From the human T2T-CHM13v2.0 reference genome, Homo sapiens: a stretch of 64,000 nt of DNA. This document shows, piece by piece, positions 1 to 13,455 of this stretch (its first letter is position 1; every line of letters begins with the position of its first letter). Position numbers and translations under genes: made by a program. The stretch lies in the NCBI RefSeq assembly GCF_009914755.1, contig NC_060925.1; one strand, written 5' to 3'. The notes below the pieces were generated by a model, which made no database searches, had not been told where the DNA came from, and was given only the letters and a program-made list of their open reading frames with translations.

Positions 1-200
1 TAGCTGTGATTATGATGCAGGGACATTTTGGAATGAATTTACAAGTTTCAAATATATTTTGTATTCTTGTAGTAATTACAAAAAGTATTTAAGACATTCA
101 ACTCACCAAAACTTCCAACATTCTGGGATGCTTCGGTGCTTTAATATAAATATCCAACAAATCTGAGACACATTTTATGTACATATGTATATATATGAAT

Positions 201-230
201 AGATGATGATGATAGATAGATAGATAGATA
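201..230. repeat. (GAT)n/(GATA)n microsatellite
   Basis: agatgatgatgatagatagatagatagata read directly. Confidence 0.85.
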
Positions 231-479
231 ATGTGTATCAAACACTACCCCTACTGGCAAATGGTGGCTGAGATCTGTGTACAATTTAAAAACATTCCAA
301 TAAACTGCAAAACACACCTGCTGACCTCGTCCATTATTTGTGGCCAAAGTGAAGCAAGGACCAGAGGAGCGACCAGCACATGTGAAGACCTAAAAGGTGT
401 TTGCTCAGTAAATTGAGGGGGAGCAGGAGGGCAGGGAGATGCGGGGTTTCCTAAGAAATCTCTGCTGCTCTTTAGGAAA

Positions 480-1450
480 TGGCCATCACTATCATTAAGC
501 CACTATCATTAAGCCACTATCAACAGCTCAACCAGGACACGGGACAGATAAGGGAACACTATCCACACACAGTGAACTGGCCCCCTGTTCATTCTTCTTC
601 TGTACCCGCTTGTTTGACTTTCATGTAAATTGCTTAATGCATGTTTAACTTGGGGATTTATTATAAGTATAAATGGAGTCAAACCTTTATTTGAAGCATA
701 CAGCATCCCAGGAATTGTTCTAATACTAATACTAAAATTAATACTTTACATTTCTTCTTTCCCAAGAGCCTATGAGTTACTTCCTATTATTTTCTCTCTT
801 TACATATTAAAAAATGCAGGTTCTCAGGGTACCTGCCTAATATCACACACCTAACCTGAGATAGAACGCACGTCTCAGCCCGAGAGTGAGAGCCAGCGCA
901 CGTAACTCTGCCTGATTCCTCTCAGGGACACCATCCTCCCTCTGCAGTCTACACTTTGGATTTAGGCCACTGTCTGTGGGTTTCATCAAGGAAACATAAA
1001 ATGATTGAGACATTGTTTCTAGTGTTTTGTAACCCTCAGAAATAATCCCCTCTCAAAAGAAAATCAGTCACTTTTCCTCTATAAAACTTCAGTGACAGGA
1101 AAATAAATACATCATTGTATGAAAATCTAAAACTATAGAATATATATTATTATGTCCATAAATAATTGGAAATTAAAAATCCATTTACCATTATGTCACA
1201 GTAAATAAGTGTTGTATAGAAGTTATAAGAAAGAATAACATTTGCTTTTCTCCATTAAAAACAGATGATAAAGAAAAAATGAGGAAATGCTGTGAAGAAC
1301 TAATAGAACGTTTCAGAAGCAGAACAAGTCGAGAGCAGTGATGACCCTTTTGTTCCTGCTAGTACCTCCTGTCTGTCTGGCCGAACTCACCATCAGATGA
1401 TGTCTTGAACCTCACCTAGATGGGCTGGTGGTGTGTGGCCAGGTTAAGAG
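480..1450 (-). promoter_or_regulatory. Candidate 5' regulatory/5'UTR region of an OR gene lying left of the window (probably OR2T29)
   Basis: Minus-strand donors ATG|GTGAGT (1391/1390) and TTG|GTGAGT (107/106). O/E(EBF)-like TCTCAGGG sites at 822-830 and 920-928. Tandem TAATGA sites at 492-497 and 506-511. Neighbour gene inferred from recalled cluster order. Confidence 0.4.
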
Positions 1451-2399
1451 CACCAACAGGAGTAAGAAAGTGACCTGCCTGGTTTTACCGTGTGTACTAG
1501 GGGAGGGGTTGAAAGCTTTCGGTTGATACATCACCTCTGGGAGTTGAAGAAGAATGCAATTAAGAGAGCTAAAGAAGTCAGTAGGTATCTCTCCTGAACA
1601 ATTCTGGTTTTCTTCTAATAGCTTTTACAATTTTTACCTCTGTTATGAAATGCAAACTTTTAACCAATATTAGTAATAGTAATCTCAAATCTCATCATCA
1701 TCAAAATCTTATTTATGAAATATAGGAGTTAGTTCATATACAGCCTTAGCCTTTTCCACATTATAAAATATATTCCATATATATGTGTGATCTTCATTTA
1801 ATATTCAAGTAAATGTTGTAAGATATTGTTATTTTTATTCTAACATTTCACAGGTATAGAATCTGAAACTCAGAGGTCAACTGATGTGTCAAAGATACCT
1901 CCACAAATCAGTACCTTGATTAAAACTAAAATTGGAGTCATCTTCATATCTCCATCTTTCTCCCTCTTCATTAGGACCGATTGTAGTCTGTTTCCCTCTC
2001 ACTCACTTGCAATCTTTATTGCTTTAGTGTTGCATTTGATTTTTATCTTTGTTTTTGTTTTAAATACTGTCATTAAAGTCATAGAAAAATCTAAAATAAA
2101 ACTGGTTGAATAAAAATTTTAAAATCGACTCTAATGTAATAAACCAGACAAAAATGATACTTTAAATGTTATATCTTCCCTTTAAACTACAAATATTCAT
2201 TGAGTGTATACCCTGTATTAGGCTGTTGGAATAAAACAGGGAAGAAGACAGAAGAAACTGCACCGCCATCTTAGATCTTGCAGCCAAATTCCTCTGAACT
2301 TTTCTCTAAAGACGTGCTCTGGAAAAATGTTGATCAGTTTCCTACATCATGGAGGTCTTTTCATGACCACCTTTGTCTAGACAATGTCCTGTTTTTAGG

Positions 2400-2920
2400 T
2401 GCACGTTTGAGGGCTGGAGTCTCTGACCCACAGTGCTGCAGCCTGCACGTGGTTTGTCCTGACTTCTTTGCTACTTCACTTTTCGTAAGGCTCTGAGAGT
2501 GCAGGCCCTTGTGGGTGGACACTGCAGGGTGAGAGGAAGAAGTAAACTACTTTTTTCCGTTTCTGATGGGGGTGTGGGTCAGCAGCTATAAGCAACAGGG
2601 ACCATGGGGGGCCTCAGACTTCAGCACCTGAGAGGCAGTTTCAGTCGTATTGGGGAGATGCAGGCATCTGGGTTGCTGCACATCACCAGGGCAGGGTTCT
2701 CTCAGCAGCCCTGGAGTGCAGAGTTCCCATCAGCTCAGCAGTGAGGGGCACATGGGGCTCCAGTGGTGAGGACTCTTGGTCCTTGGATGACAACACTCCC
2801 CTGCCCACTTCTCCAGCCTTCCCTGTAACCCTTTGCCACCTCTAACCAATCTTCTGTGTTACATCTCTTCGGTTTGCAATATGTAGTGTTCGTATATGAC
2901 TGGACAGTATCTACTGGAGT
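2400..2920 (+). mobile_element. Degenerate ERVL-type LTR (LTR33-like)
   Basis: 3' part taaccaatcttctgtgttacatctc...gactggacag resembles the LTR33 3' end; boundaries approximate. Confidence 0.45.
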
Positions 2921-3386
2921 TAATATCTATCAGAGTAATTATATCACAATTGCAATCTTCTCCTAAGAGTGAATAGTGACATTAAAAATTTCAACATTAT
3001 AAATTATGCAGAAATAAAACTAATTATACAAAAAATACACTCTGAATGTCAGTTTTTCCCTGAGACAATCTACCATTTGATATACGGTGATTCACACTTC
3101 TTAATATACAACATTGAATTACTTTTCCAAAAGCCTCTTCAAATTTTGCTGCAGAATTAAACTTCACTTGCACCAGCTCTGAATTATGTGTGCTTTTCCT
3201 TCTTGGTCAATTTCATAGGTGTATCATTATTTGTCTTTTTTAATTAATATGTTTATATAACTTTTCATGTTTATCCATGTAACTACTGCTTTTGTGAAAC
3301 GTGTGTTTTTATCCTTTTCACATTTTTTTCTATTGAAATGTTTTCTTTATAAATATAAATGTGTTTTTGGTATGAAAATAATAACT

Positions 3387-3685
<299 letters not shown>

Positions 3686-4019
3686 TAGTAACTCTTTGTG
3701 AATAGTATCAACTAAAATATTTATATTTCAGTTTTCATTCTGATATTTTGTTTCATCAGAATTTTTTAAAGTATTTTGTTTAATATATTAACTTTAATAA
3801 TTTCATTAACTGTCTCGTGCTTACAAAGTCTTTATGCATTTGGGGATTATGTAAAGCATCTACCTTTACACTTTTAATGAGTTTCAGAGGTTTTTTGGTA
3901 CCTTTGAGTTATAATACAAAAATAATTTATTTGGGTGTGATATGCAGTGAATTGCTAACATTATTGCTTTTAATTAAAGATTAAATTCCAATGTTGAATG
4001 ATATTTTCTTTAATTTCAA

Positions 4020-5200
4020 AAATAATTAGTAACTGTTCCAGGCACTATCTAGGTTTATGATGTTTGAAACAAAGATTCTTCCCACACAGCATTTATATAC
4101 TAGTGGTAAATACAGGCAATAAACTAATAAATATGTAATGAAATATCAAGTATTAATAATCACAGTGAATAAAAAATAAAGGCAGAGAGATGAGATAGGA
4201 ATGATTAGCGAATCTATTTAACACAGGCTAGTTAGGAGCCCTTTATTTAGAAGGTGAAATTTCATCAGATCCGTAAATGAAGCAATGGAGTCACTCGTAA
4301 ACAACGGGGCAGAGATGTTTAAGCAGAGGAAACAGAGAAAGTTAAAAGCTGTGAGACTGAAAGTAACTTGCAACGTTTGAACAGCAGCAAGAAGATCTGT
4401 GGCCCCAGATTGAGGTGAGAAAGTTGGCAAAACAGAAAATGGGGTTAGAAATGGAGCCAAGAACAGGTCGTATAATATCATGATGGTCCTGGGAAGGACC
4501 AGGGACAGGCAGAGGTGTGTTTAAGAAAGGGAAGACAAAAGTATACACGGCACTCAAGAGAGTGCATGTGCACTTAGAAAAAGAAAGGAAGTCTCAGCCA
4601 ATGTTTGGCCCCTGTCTTCTAAGAACTCTTCAGGAAGTTTACCAGGCATGCTCACAGTCTGTTCTGACTGTAGCCTGGCTTCCCCTCCCCACCCCACCCC
4701 ACCATACAACTCCCAGCAACAGACAGCACTCAGAGAATCTCCAGAGAGTGAAGGGCCCCAAAGCTTTGACTCTCCTTGCTTCTTGGTTAATCCCACTCTG
4801 AGATATCACTGGAGGACGGACAGAGAGGAAAGACATTTGGAACAGGTATATGATTATCACTGAGAAGGCTTGAGCGAGAATGCAGGAAAGGGTTTGAGCT
4901 AGTCCTGATGAGACATATGGTGTCTGGGCAAGGGGTGTGGTGGAGGAGGAGAAGTTGGATTGCCGTTTATACACACAGGAATATTGGGGCTGGGCAGGTT
5001 GGCATGGAACGCTGAAACTGAAATTTGGGACTCCAGTTGCCCAGTACACATCTACATGAAGATGATGCAAGGCTAGTGTATACACGAATCCAGAGTTCAT
5101 AAGAGAAGGCAGTCCTAAAATCATGGTTTTGAGAACCAGTGTGTGTGGAGGAAACAACGGGATCACACAAGGAAGGAGGGTCAACATCTTATACCAGAAG
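4020..5200 (-). mobile_element. Fragmented L2 LINE
   Basis: Antisense L2 3'-end-like ccaggcactatctagg followed by purine-rich L2-like body. Confidence 0.5.
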
Positions 5201-5899
5201 CCAGTGCAGGGGAGGCTAAGTTTCCACATTATCTCTTCTTTTCCATTGGTCTTTCACTGAATTCCTTTAAAATATCTTGTTTTATTGGGTGTCCCCTCAT
5301 GATAATTTTAAACAACTAGTGAAACAATTCTTGTCTTCATGTATGTTCATGTTCAAAATAAGCAAGTTTTTGTTTTTCCTTTCAGTTGATCTATTTGGCT
5401 AGGTTCAAAAGATCTAACTAATTGTATTGATTAGAATACAATGAAATACATTTGGGAAGAATTGATATTGTTAAAATGTTGCAGATTTTTATAAACAAGC
5501 ACAATAGGTCTCACAGAGATATCCAAATACTTAGAGGTCGGGTCTGGATTTTGAAGTAATTTTAATAAAATTCTTCCACAATAATTGAGATTCTGAGATA
5601 TTTTTATAATTTAATTTTTTGGAGAATATTTTTCATTTAAAAATACTTAAAAAGCATTAACAGTGACAGAAAAGCTATTGATATATATTTTTTCAACATT
5701 AATATTTATGGTGGAAACCCTGCTTAAAGTTCTACTTTTTTTTTACATTTTAAATGTAAACTGAGAAAATATTTATAAAAACAAAAATAACATTTTAAGA
5801 ATTAAACTATAAATATATAAAACATGTCAAACATTTTGTAAATGATCCTGAAGGCACCATCAGAGATATAAAGAAATGCAAGATACATGCACAGAACAA

Positions 5900-6130
5900 A
5901 GGAAGAGGGGCCACCACCTTTATGGACTGGAGGTCAGGATATCAAGCCAAAGAGGACCTCAAGTCCTGAAATCTAACGAAACTTGCCCTGCCAGGCTTCA
6001 AGTTTGCTTTGGCTCTAAGACTTCTATTTAACTTCCAATTTCTCTTTTTCAGAATAGGAATGTCTATCCTATATGTGAGTGTCACTGTTGCATTTTGACA
6101 GCAGATAACTTGCTGTCTGGTTTCACAGGT
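5900..6130 (+). mobile_element. MaLR internal (MLT1-int-like) fragment
   Basis: ccaatttctctttttcagaataggaatgtctatcc...aacttgctgtctggtttcacagg resembles the MaLR-int 3' end. Confidence 0.55.
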
Positions 6131-6209
6131 TTTAAATTAACTTATTGAGTAAAATCTAAGTTGAATAATGTGCTAGAGAAATATTCTTAATACAAAGAGA
6201 TTAAAAACA

Positions 6210-8490
6210 TTAGCAAGATGTTTGAAGAGGAGCTCCTATAATCGTATCCCCTCAAAGCAGCAATAATATAGCAGCCTGTCTGGCACAAAAGTCCCTTGGT
6301 GGGAACTTCTGGATCTTGACAGGAAGTGTCAAAACTGGTGAATCCCAACACTGAAGAGAGCTATTTTGAGAAGGCAGGGCCACACCCAGGTGGCAGGCTC
6401 ACTGACTGTGGTCCTGGCTACAGACACAGAATTAACATCCCTCTGGACTCAGCTAGTGCCCTGTTTGGCATTGGTCCTGCCACCTGAACCATCTGCCAAG
6501 GGGCCCAGGGGCACTCACATTGACCAGTACCCTCAAGTAACAGGCCTGCTAACCTTAGTTCTAGCTCTGAACCCTGAAGCAGTCCATGACCCAGCTCCAG
6601 TCCCCCTCAGCCATGGTCTGGGAATAGACCTTCCTGCACAGAGACCTGCCAGGAGGCAACCCTGTTCATGTGCCTAGAGGCAGGCTCTCAAAACTACGTC
6701 CGACTGCCAATCTTGAAGCAGCTCTGTTACTTGGCACCCTTTTCCATTGTTCAAAAGCAGTCCTGCCCACTCAGTGACCTCCTGGGTGACACATTGATCG
6801 ATGCCCCTGTAAACAAGACTGCTGACATCAGTCAGCTGGAGATCCTGAATCAGCCCTCTTATCCAGCTCCAGCTTCCATTCAACCACAGCTTGGGGATAT
6901 CTTATATCTTATATTTACAGGGACTATGCAGGAGGTACACCCATCCATGCAGGACAGAAGACCTCAGACTCAGCTGTGGTCCATGACACAGCCCTGAGAC
7001 TCAGTTCCAGGTCCTCTCAACTGTGGTCTGGGGACAATCCTTCTTGCCCAGAGACTTTCCCACCAATATAATGGGAGTCCTTCAAGGGACTCAATAGAAT
7101 CCACACCCATTTCTGTACCTCGTAAGAGGCATGCCATCTACAGAACCAAATGTGAACCCTGAAGCAGAGTGTCCTAGCGATAGCCCTATTGACCAAGGTA
7201 CTAGAGGCAGTCTTCTCTACCAAGAGACCAGACAGGATTTATACTCAACTCGACTTCTGGTAACAAGCTTGCCAACTAAAAATTCTGCTGTAGACTCAGG
7301 AGTAGCCACATGACATGGCTCTAACCCTGCTCAACTGCAGTCCTGGAGGTAATTCTTATTAGCCTAGAGAAATGACAGGAGAATGTCTTTACCTACCGAA
7401 ACCAGTCTATGCAGACCAGAAGAGCTGTTTGCAACTTCAAATGTGCACACATCAATGCATAGCTACTTGAGTCACAAAAAATCAGGCAAATGTGACACCA
7501 AAGTAATAAATAAATACCACCAAAGTAATAAAGCTTCATTAAGCAACCCCAAGGAAATGGAAATCTATGAATTGCCTAAGAATTTTAAAATCATATTAAA
7601 TAGGATCAAAGAGCTTCAAAATAGCAGAGATCTAAAACTAATAAAAAAATGCATAAACAAAATGAGAAATATAATAAAGACATTGACATCATAAAAGGAA
7701 AGAATTCTTGTGCTGAGAAGATTTGTAGTCAAATTTGGAACACTCTAGTACTGTAATGGAGGTGTGTAAATCTCGTTAACTTTAGTGTAAAGCTTGTAAA
7801 ATATTCTGAATACAATTATGGAAGTGAGAAGGTCAACAGAGTACTTTAATAACATATTTCATCATACAGCAAAAGGAAGCAATGAACTTGAGTTTAGATC
7901 ATACAGTTAGAGGAACAAAAAAAATAAAATGCAGAAGCATCTGGGAACTATAAGACAACATCAAGCAAATATATATGTGTATTATGACATTCACAGAAGG
8001 AGAAGAGAGAAAAACAGAAAGCTAAAATGACAACATTTCCTAAATTTGTGAGGGATAGGGACATGCAGATTCATAAAGTTCAAAGGAACCCAAGCAAGAA
8101 CAAACCAAAACATTATACCTGAGACATATTATGATCAGTTTGTCAAAAGTCAAAGACAATTCTATAATTTGGAAAAATATGGATGAGCCCAGAGGACAAT
8201 ATTTTAAATAAAATAAGCCTGGTATAGGACAAATATTGCACAATTTCATTTATATGTGAAGTGTCCAATAGTCAAACACATAGAAACAAAGAATAAAATG
8301 GTGGTTACCAGAGTTTGGAGTGAGGAAGGAAAAGAGAAGATGTGGGTCAAAGGATACAAAATTTTATTTAAGCAGGAGAAATAAGTTCAGGAGGTTTATG
8401 GTACATCATGCTGACTACAGTTTCAACAATTATGTACTTGAAAATTGCTAAGAAAGTAGGTATAAGAGTACTCAGCACATGAAATGATTA
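6210..8490 (+). mobile_element. Old L1M: 5'UTR with internal repeats, decayed ORF1, then a 3'UTR piece
   Basis: aagatg start, GC-richer repeated 5'UTR modules, ORF1-like EMEIYELPKNFKIIL, and L1M 3'UTR motifs from ~8175. Confidence 0.7.
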
Positions 8491-8591
8491 CTTGAACCCA
8501 GGAGGCGGAGGTTGCAGTGAGCCGAGGTCATGCCACTGCACTCCAGCCTGGGCAACAGAGTAAGACTTTGTCTTAAAAAAAAAAAAAAAAA
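8491..8591 (+). mobile_element. 5'-truncated Alu right arm with A-tail
   Basis: cttgaacccaggaggcggaggttgcagtgagcc...A17. Confidence 0.9.
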
Positions 8592-11070
8592 CTCCCAAGA
8601 AAAGCCTAGGACTAGAAGACTTCATGATGAATTCATCCAAGCACTTAAAGAACTAACACATATCCTCCTCTGATTTTTTCAAAACATTGAAGGGCAAAAA
8701 CACTTCCAAATTCATTTACTGAAGCCAACATTACCTTTAAACCAAAGCCAGATAAGAACACTAACTCCCAAAATATTATAGGTCAATATTCCTGACAAAC
8801 AGCTTTCATAATTTTTGGTAAAAATTAACAAAATACTAACAAACCAAAGCAGTGCATTAAAAGGATACTTCACCATAATCAAGTGGGATTATTCCTAGGA
8901 TGTATAAACCAAAAGTATGTCAGACAGGTCTCAATCAGATTGAAAGTTTATTTCACCAAGGTAAAGGACATGCTTGGAAAAAAGAACACAATTACAGAAA
9001 CAGTCTGTGGTCTGTGCTTTTCTTTAAAGATAATTTTGAGGACTTTAATATTTAAAGGGGAAAGCAGGCTAGAGGGGAAAGAGGGAGAGTATGATAATCC
9101 ACAGGTTGCAAGAAGAAAAGAAGCAAAGAAGCAGGTAGGTGAATAGTCATTTATGTATTCCTTTCACACTCAGTAGAAGGATCATCGCTTTACGTCAGGT
9201 AAGGAGAATGTGGAGTTACTGCCTGTTACTCTAACATTTTATCAGTAGTTAACTGATTAGGAACAAAAAACAAAAACCAAAGGAAATGCAGTTTCTTGCA
9301 TAACTCAGCTTTCAGCTTAGTATCTTTTTTCCTTTTGGCATAGTAAATTGGGGTCCCAAGTTTTTTTCCCACAGATGCAAAGATGGTTCAACATACACCA
9401 ATCAATAAATATGATATGCCACATTAACAGAATAAATGACAAAAACAATTGTGCATCTCAATAGACATAGAAAAAGCATTGGATAAAATTCAACATCTTT
9501 TCATGATAAAAACTCAGCAGATTTGTTATAGAAGGAATGTGCCTTTACATAATAAATCTCACAGCTAAATCATACTCGATGGAGAGAAACAGATTTTCCG
9601 CTAAGATCAGGAAGAAGACAAGAGTGCTCACTCTCACTGCTTCTATTCAACATAATACCGGAAACTAGCCAGAGCAATTAGGCAATAAAAAGAAAGAAAA
9701 GGCTTTCAAATCAGAGGAAGTTAAATTATCTTGCCATCTGTTTGCAGATGACATGATTTTACATATAAAAAACTCTAAAGACTCCACCAAAATCCCATCA
9801 GAGTTAAAGAATTCAAGAAACTTGCAGGATACAAAATAAACATATATAAATGAGTTGTATTTCTATACACCAAAAAGGAACCATCCAAATATGTAATTAA
9901 GAAAAGAATACCATTCCCAATACCATCCAATAGAATAAAATACATAGGAATAAATACAGCTGAGGGAGTGAAAGATCTGTTCACTAAAGAGGAGATAAAT
10001 AAGTGGGAGGATATCTCATGTTAATGGGTTAGAATAACTAATATTCTTTAAATGTCCATATTACTCCAGAAAATGTCTGATTCAGTATAACCCCAACTAA
10101 AATTCCACAGGCATTTTTTACATAAATAGAATAAAACAACTCTAGAAATTTTGTGAATGCACAAAAATATCAAATAGCCAAAGCAATATTGATAAAAAGA
10201 ACAAAGCTGGAGGCTTGACTCCGATTTCAAACTATATTACAAATTATAGAAATAAAGCCATGCTTATATGGTCAATTAGTCTTTGATGAGGGTGCCAAAA
10301 ATGCAGCATGAAGAAAGGATAGTCTGTTCAATAAATGGCATTGGGAAAACCAGATACATACATGCAGAGGAACGAAATTGGACTCTTATCCTACACTATT
10401 CCCCCAAAACCAAATCTAAATGGATCGAAGACTTAAATGGAAGACCTGGACTTGTAAAAGTCCTAGATGATGACATAGGGAAACAGCTCTTTGACATTGA
10501 TCTTGGCCGTGATATTTTTGATATGACACAAAAATTAAGGCAACAAAAGCAAAATAAGCAAGTAGGACTGCATCAACATGCAAAAACTTTTGCACAGAAA
10601 AGGAAACAATAAAATGAAAAGGTAATCTCTGCAATGGGAGAACATATCTGCAAACCATATTTTGGATAAGGAGTTAGCATCCAAAATATAAAAGAAACTG
10701 ACAAAATCATTAGCAAATATCAAATTACCCAACTTAAAAATGGTAAAGACAGTGTGAATAGGCATTTTTCCAAAGAGGCAATACAAATAGCCAACAGGTG
10801 AATGAAAAGATGTTCAACATCACTAATCATCAGGGCCACACAAATCAAAACCACAATGAGATATCAGCTCACACCTGCTAGGATGGCTATTACCAGGCAA
10901 TACATAGCAAGTGCTGTCAAGTGTGTGTAGGAAATGGAACACTTGTACATGTGCATTGCTGGTAGAAACGTAAGTTGCAACAGCCTGTGTTGAAAGCTGT
11001 ATGACAGTTCTATAAAGATTAAAAATAGAGCTACTCTATAATTCAGCAATCCCACTCTGTACACCTTCCT
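8592..11070 (+). mobile_element. L1M ORF2 remnant, interrupted by an LTR
   Basis: RT-region motifs (caagtgggattattcctaggatg|caaagatggttcaac; tttgcagatgacatgatt) and C-terminal L1 motifs. Confidence 0.85.
8903..9373 (-). mobile_element. ERV1 MER4-group solo LTR nested in L1
   Basis: 4-bp TSD GATG at 8899-8902 and 9374-9377; L1 sequence rejoins seamlessly across it; minus strand starts tgtgggaaaaaaacttgggacccc. Confidence 0.8.
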
Positions 11071-11776
11071 GAGGTAAATAATTATATAAATAATATAATG
11101 ACAACATAAGAACATTGTTAAATTAGTCATCTGTGGTGTCCATTTGAGCAGTTTTGCCCATTTATTTAATTACAGCAATTTCTGAAACCAAATTTTACCT
11201 ACCTCTAACAACCCCCTCTTACAAGTGATATTTCTGCACCACTTGGTGGAATTTACTTCCAAATTCAGATCTCTGTACACAAACTCAGACAAACTCCTTT
11301 CATGCACTGCAGGAATAATTTTCAGTGAGAAGCAAAAGTGTTCGGTCGATGTGTCATGTAAAGCAAGTACTTGTCATTTCTCTCGAAGATGCGATAGGCA
11401 TGGGAACACCTGGCTTCCATTCATTGTCGGTAAATCAGGCAAGGTCAGGGCTGTGCCAAGGGGAAGTAAATTAACAGCTTCACGATACAGCTCGAGATTC
11501 AGCTTCTTGCATATTAATTAGAACAAATGTATTTCTTTCCTAATTTCTCACGTTCCAGAAATACTACACCCATGAATTATTTTGTTAATGAAAATGATAG
11601 TGATCTGATGCTCATAGATTTACAGAAGTTACGTTTGTAGCATGATATACATCTGGCAAACTAAAGGTTAGTGACAAGTTTATAACCATTTTGCTGGTTT
11701 TCCCAGTTTCAGAAGAAACATGCCGAGGGGGTTAAGCTTTCCTAAGTCTCCATTATCGCACGCGACTGTTATGATA

Positions 11777-11852
11777 TTTATTGTAAACATAGTAGACCAT
11801 TGTCTGGAATAGACTAAATCCTAAAGAAACTAAATCTGGAACTACTTTTATT
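11777..11852 (-). terminator. Candidate poly(A) signals for OR2T34
   Basis: AATAAA on minus at 11847-11852 and 11777-11782, ~0.6-0.7 kb past the stop. Confidence 0.35.
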
Positions 11853-12461
11853 TACATACTATGAAATAGATGAACCTATTCTTTGAATTTTGAAATGGAT
11901 TCATTTTTGGTTTAGGTGGTTCCAATGGCCAATGCTAAAACTACTGGTGTTTACACTACAAAGTTCACTTCAGCCTTTGGAGAAAATGCGTTTCTTTGTA
12001 CTTACTGAGATACAATAGCAGAAACACTGACCCCAGTGGCTGCCAATGTGAACCGAGGTTTACAATGTATTGCAAAGGGAGGGAGCAGCCAATACTCCTC
12101 CTCTAGGGCTCTGCTAGGATTCTAAGTCTTTACAATGAGTCTCTTCGAGGGGTAAAGTGTTTAAGACCAAGTCTCATACTAAAATGCTCAATGAACCTGG
12201 GATGGGAGATAAGATAAAAGGCACTCTATAAGGTCTTTCATAGGTCAGCTACTGCAGTGCAGTTAAAAACACTCTAAAGATATTAAATCTAATGAGATAA
12301 ATGGGAGCAATAAGCAGTATGGAGGGAAAACGCCACGTATAAGAAAGAAGGAAAATATGAGTGGGCTTTGTGCTGGGGACCCGGAGACCTGAGGGCAAAA
12401 GAGAGGAGAGATAGGGAGTAACGGAATTATAGAAAGAGGAGGGGACAATGCTTGCCCTTTA

Positions 12462-13418
12462 CTACTTTTCTTGGTTCATTCTTGACTGCATCATGCTCCT
12501 CAGAGCCCTGGTGACATCTTTGTTGCGGAGACTGTAAATGAGGGGGTTCAGCACAGGAGTGAAGATGGTGTAAAAGGCAGACACCATCATGTCCTGCTCA
12601 GCTGTGTGGTAGGAACTCGGGAGCATGTAGGTGTAGAAGGAAGCACCGAAGAGCAGCAGCACTATGATCATGTGGGAGGAGCAGGTGGCCAAGGCCTTCC
12701 TGCGGCCGGCGGCAGAATTCATCCTGTGGATGAGATGCAGGATGAGGGTGTATGAGCTGGAGATGACCATGATGGGGGTGAGAAGCATGAGGATGCAGCA
12801 CAGGTACGTGAGCATCTTATAGAGGGAGACGTCAGAGCAGGAGAGCTTCAGCAGGGCAGGAGTCTCACAGAAAAAACTCAGGATTTTCCTAGACTGGCAA
12901 AAGGGGAAGCTCATGGTAATGGGGGTGAGCAACAAACCATCAACCATTCCCAAAACCCAGCAGGCTGACACCAGGAGCTGGCACACCCTCTGGTTCATCA
13001 GCAGTGGGTAATGGAGAGGTCTGCAAACAGCAGCATATCGGTCATAGGCCATGGCAGCCAGGAGGAAAACCTCAGCTCCAGCCAGGGTCAGGTGGAAGAA
13101 CATCTGGATCCCACAGCCTGACGGGGAAATGGTATCATCTCCAGTGACCTGGCCCACAAGCATCTTGGGCACAGTCACGCATAGGTACATGAGATCCATG
13201 AGCGCGAGCTGGCTGATGAAGAAGTACATGGGGGTGTGGAGGCGGGGCTCTGAGTGGATGAGGAGGATGAGGAGGGCATTCCCAGTGAGGGCCATCAAGA
13301 AAAGAAGGAAGGTCACGGTGTAGAGGAGGGCAGCATGCTTGCTCTCAGCAAAGAGTCCCGTGAGGGTGAAATCAGTGCTTGCTGTTTGATTCTGAGAAGT
13401 CTGATTCCCTGAGCACAT
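12462..13418 (-). CDS. OR2T34: Olfactory receptor 2T34 (318 aa class II OR, intact)
   Basis: Motifs [41 protein letters not shown] and N-glycosylation NQT. Start is M14 of the ORF (MCSGNQ...), because an acceptor lies between M1 and M14. Residues FFHL/KMLTY/AAGRR and position ~19 kb from same-strand OR2T10 fit OR2T34 better than OR2T3, as recalled. Confidence 0.9.
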   Translation of the reverse strand: MCSGNQTSQNQTASTDFTLTGLFAESKHAALLYTVTFLLFLMALTGNALLILLIHSEPRLHTPMYFFISQLALMDLMYLCVTVPKMLVGQVTGDDTISPSGCGIQMFFHLTLAGAEVFLLAAMAYDRYAAVCRPLHYPLLMNQRVCQLLVSACWVLGMVDGLLLTPITMSFPFCQSRKILSFFCETPALLKLSCSDVSLYKMLTYLCCILMLLTPIMVISSSYTLILHLIHRMNSAAGRRKALATCSSHMIIVLLLFGASFYTYMLPSSYHTAEQDMMVSAFYTIFTPVLNPLIYSLRNKDVTRALRSMMQSRMNQEK

Positions 13419-13437
13419 GACTGGCTCACAGTTTCCC

Positions 13438-13455
13438 CCTGAGGAAAAAAAAGTC
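13438..13455 (-). other. Splice acceptor of OR2T34 coding exon
   Basis: Minus: ttaatgacttttttttcctcag|GGGGAAACTGTGAGCCAGTC-ATG; AG at 13439-13440. Confidence 0.8.

Noticed and set aside
4639-5229. 196-aa minus-strand ORF
   Set aside because: Non-ATG start, overlaps decayed L2, no recognisable domain
6366-7313. Several 60-109 aa Pro/Leu-rich ORFs
   Set aside because: Chance ORFs in a GC-richer L1M 5'UTR
12598-13323. Alternative-frame and antisense ORFs overlapping OR2T34 (likewise 32129-32482 over OR2T10)
   Set aside because: Shadow ORFs of OR coding sequence with no independent support
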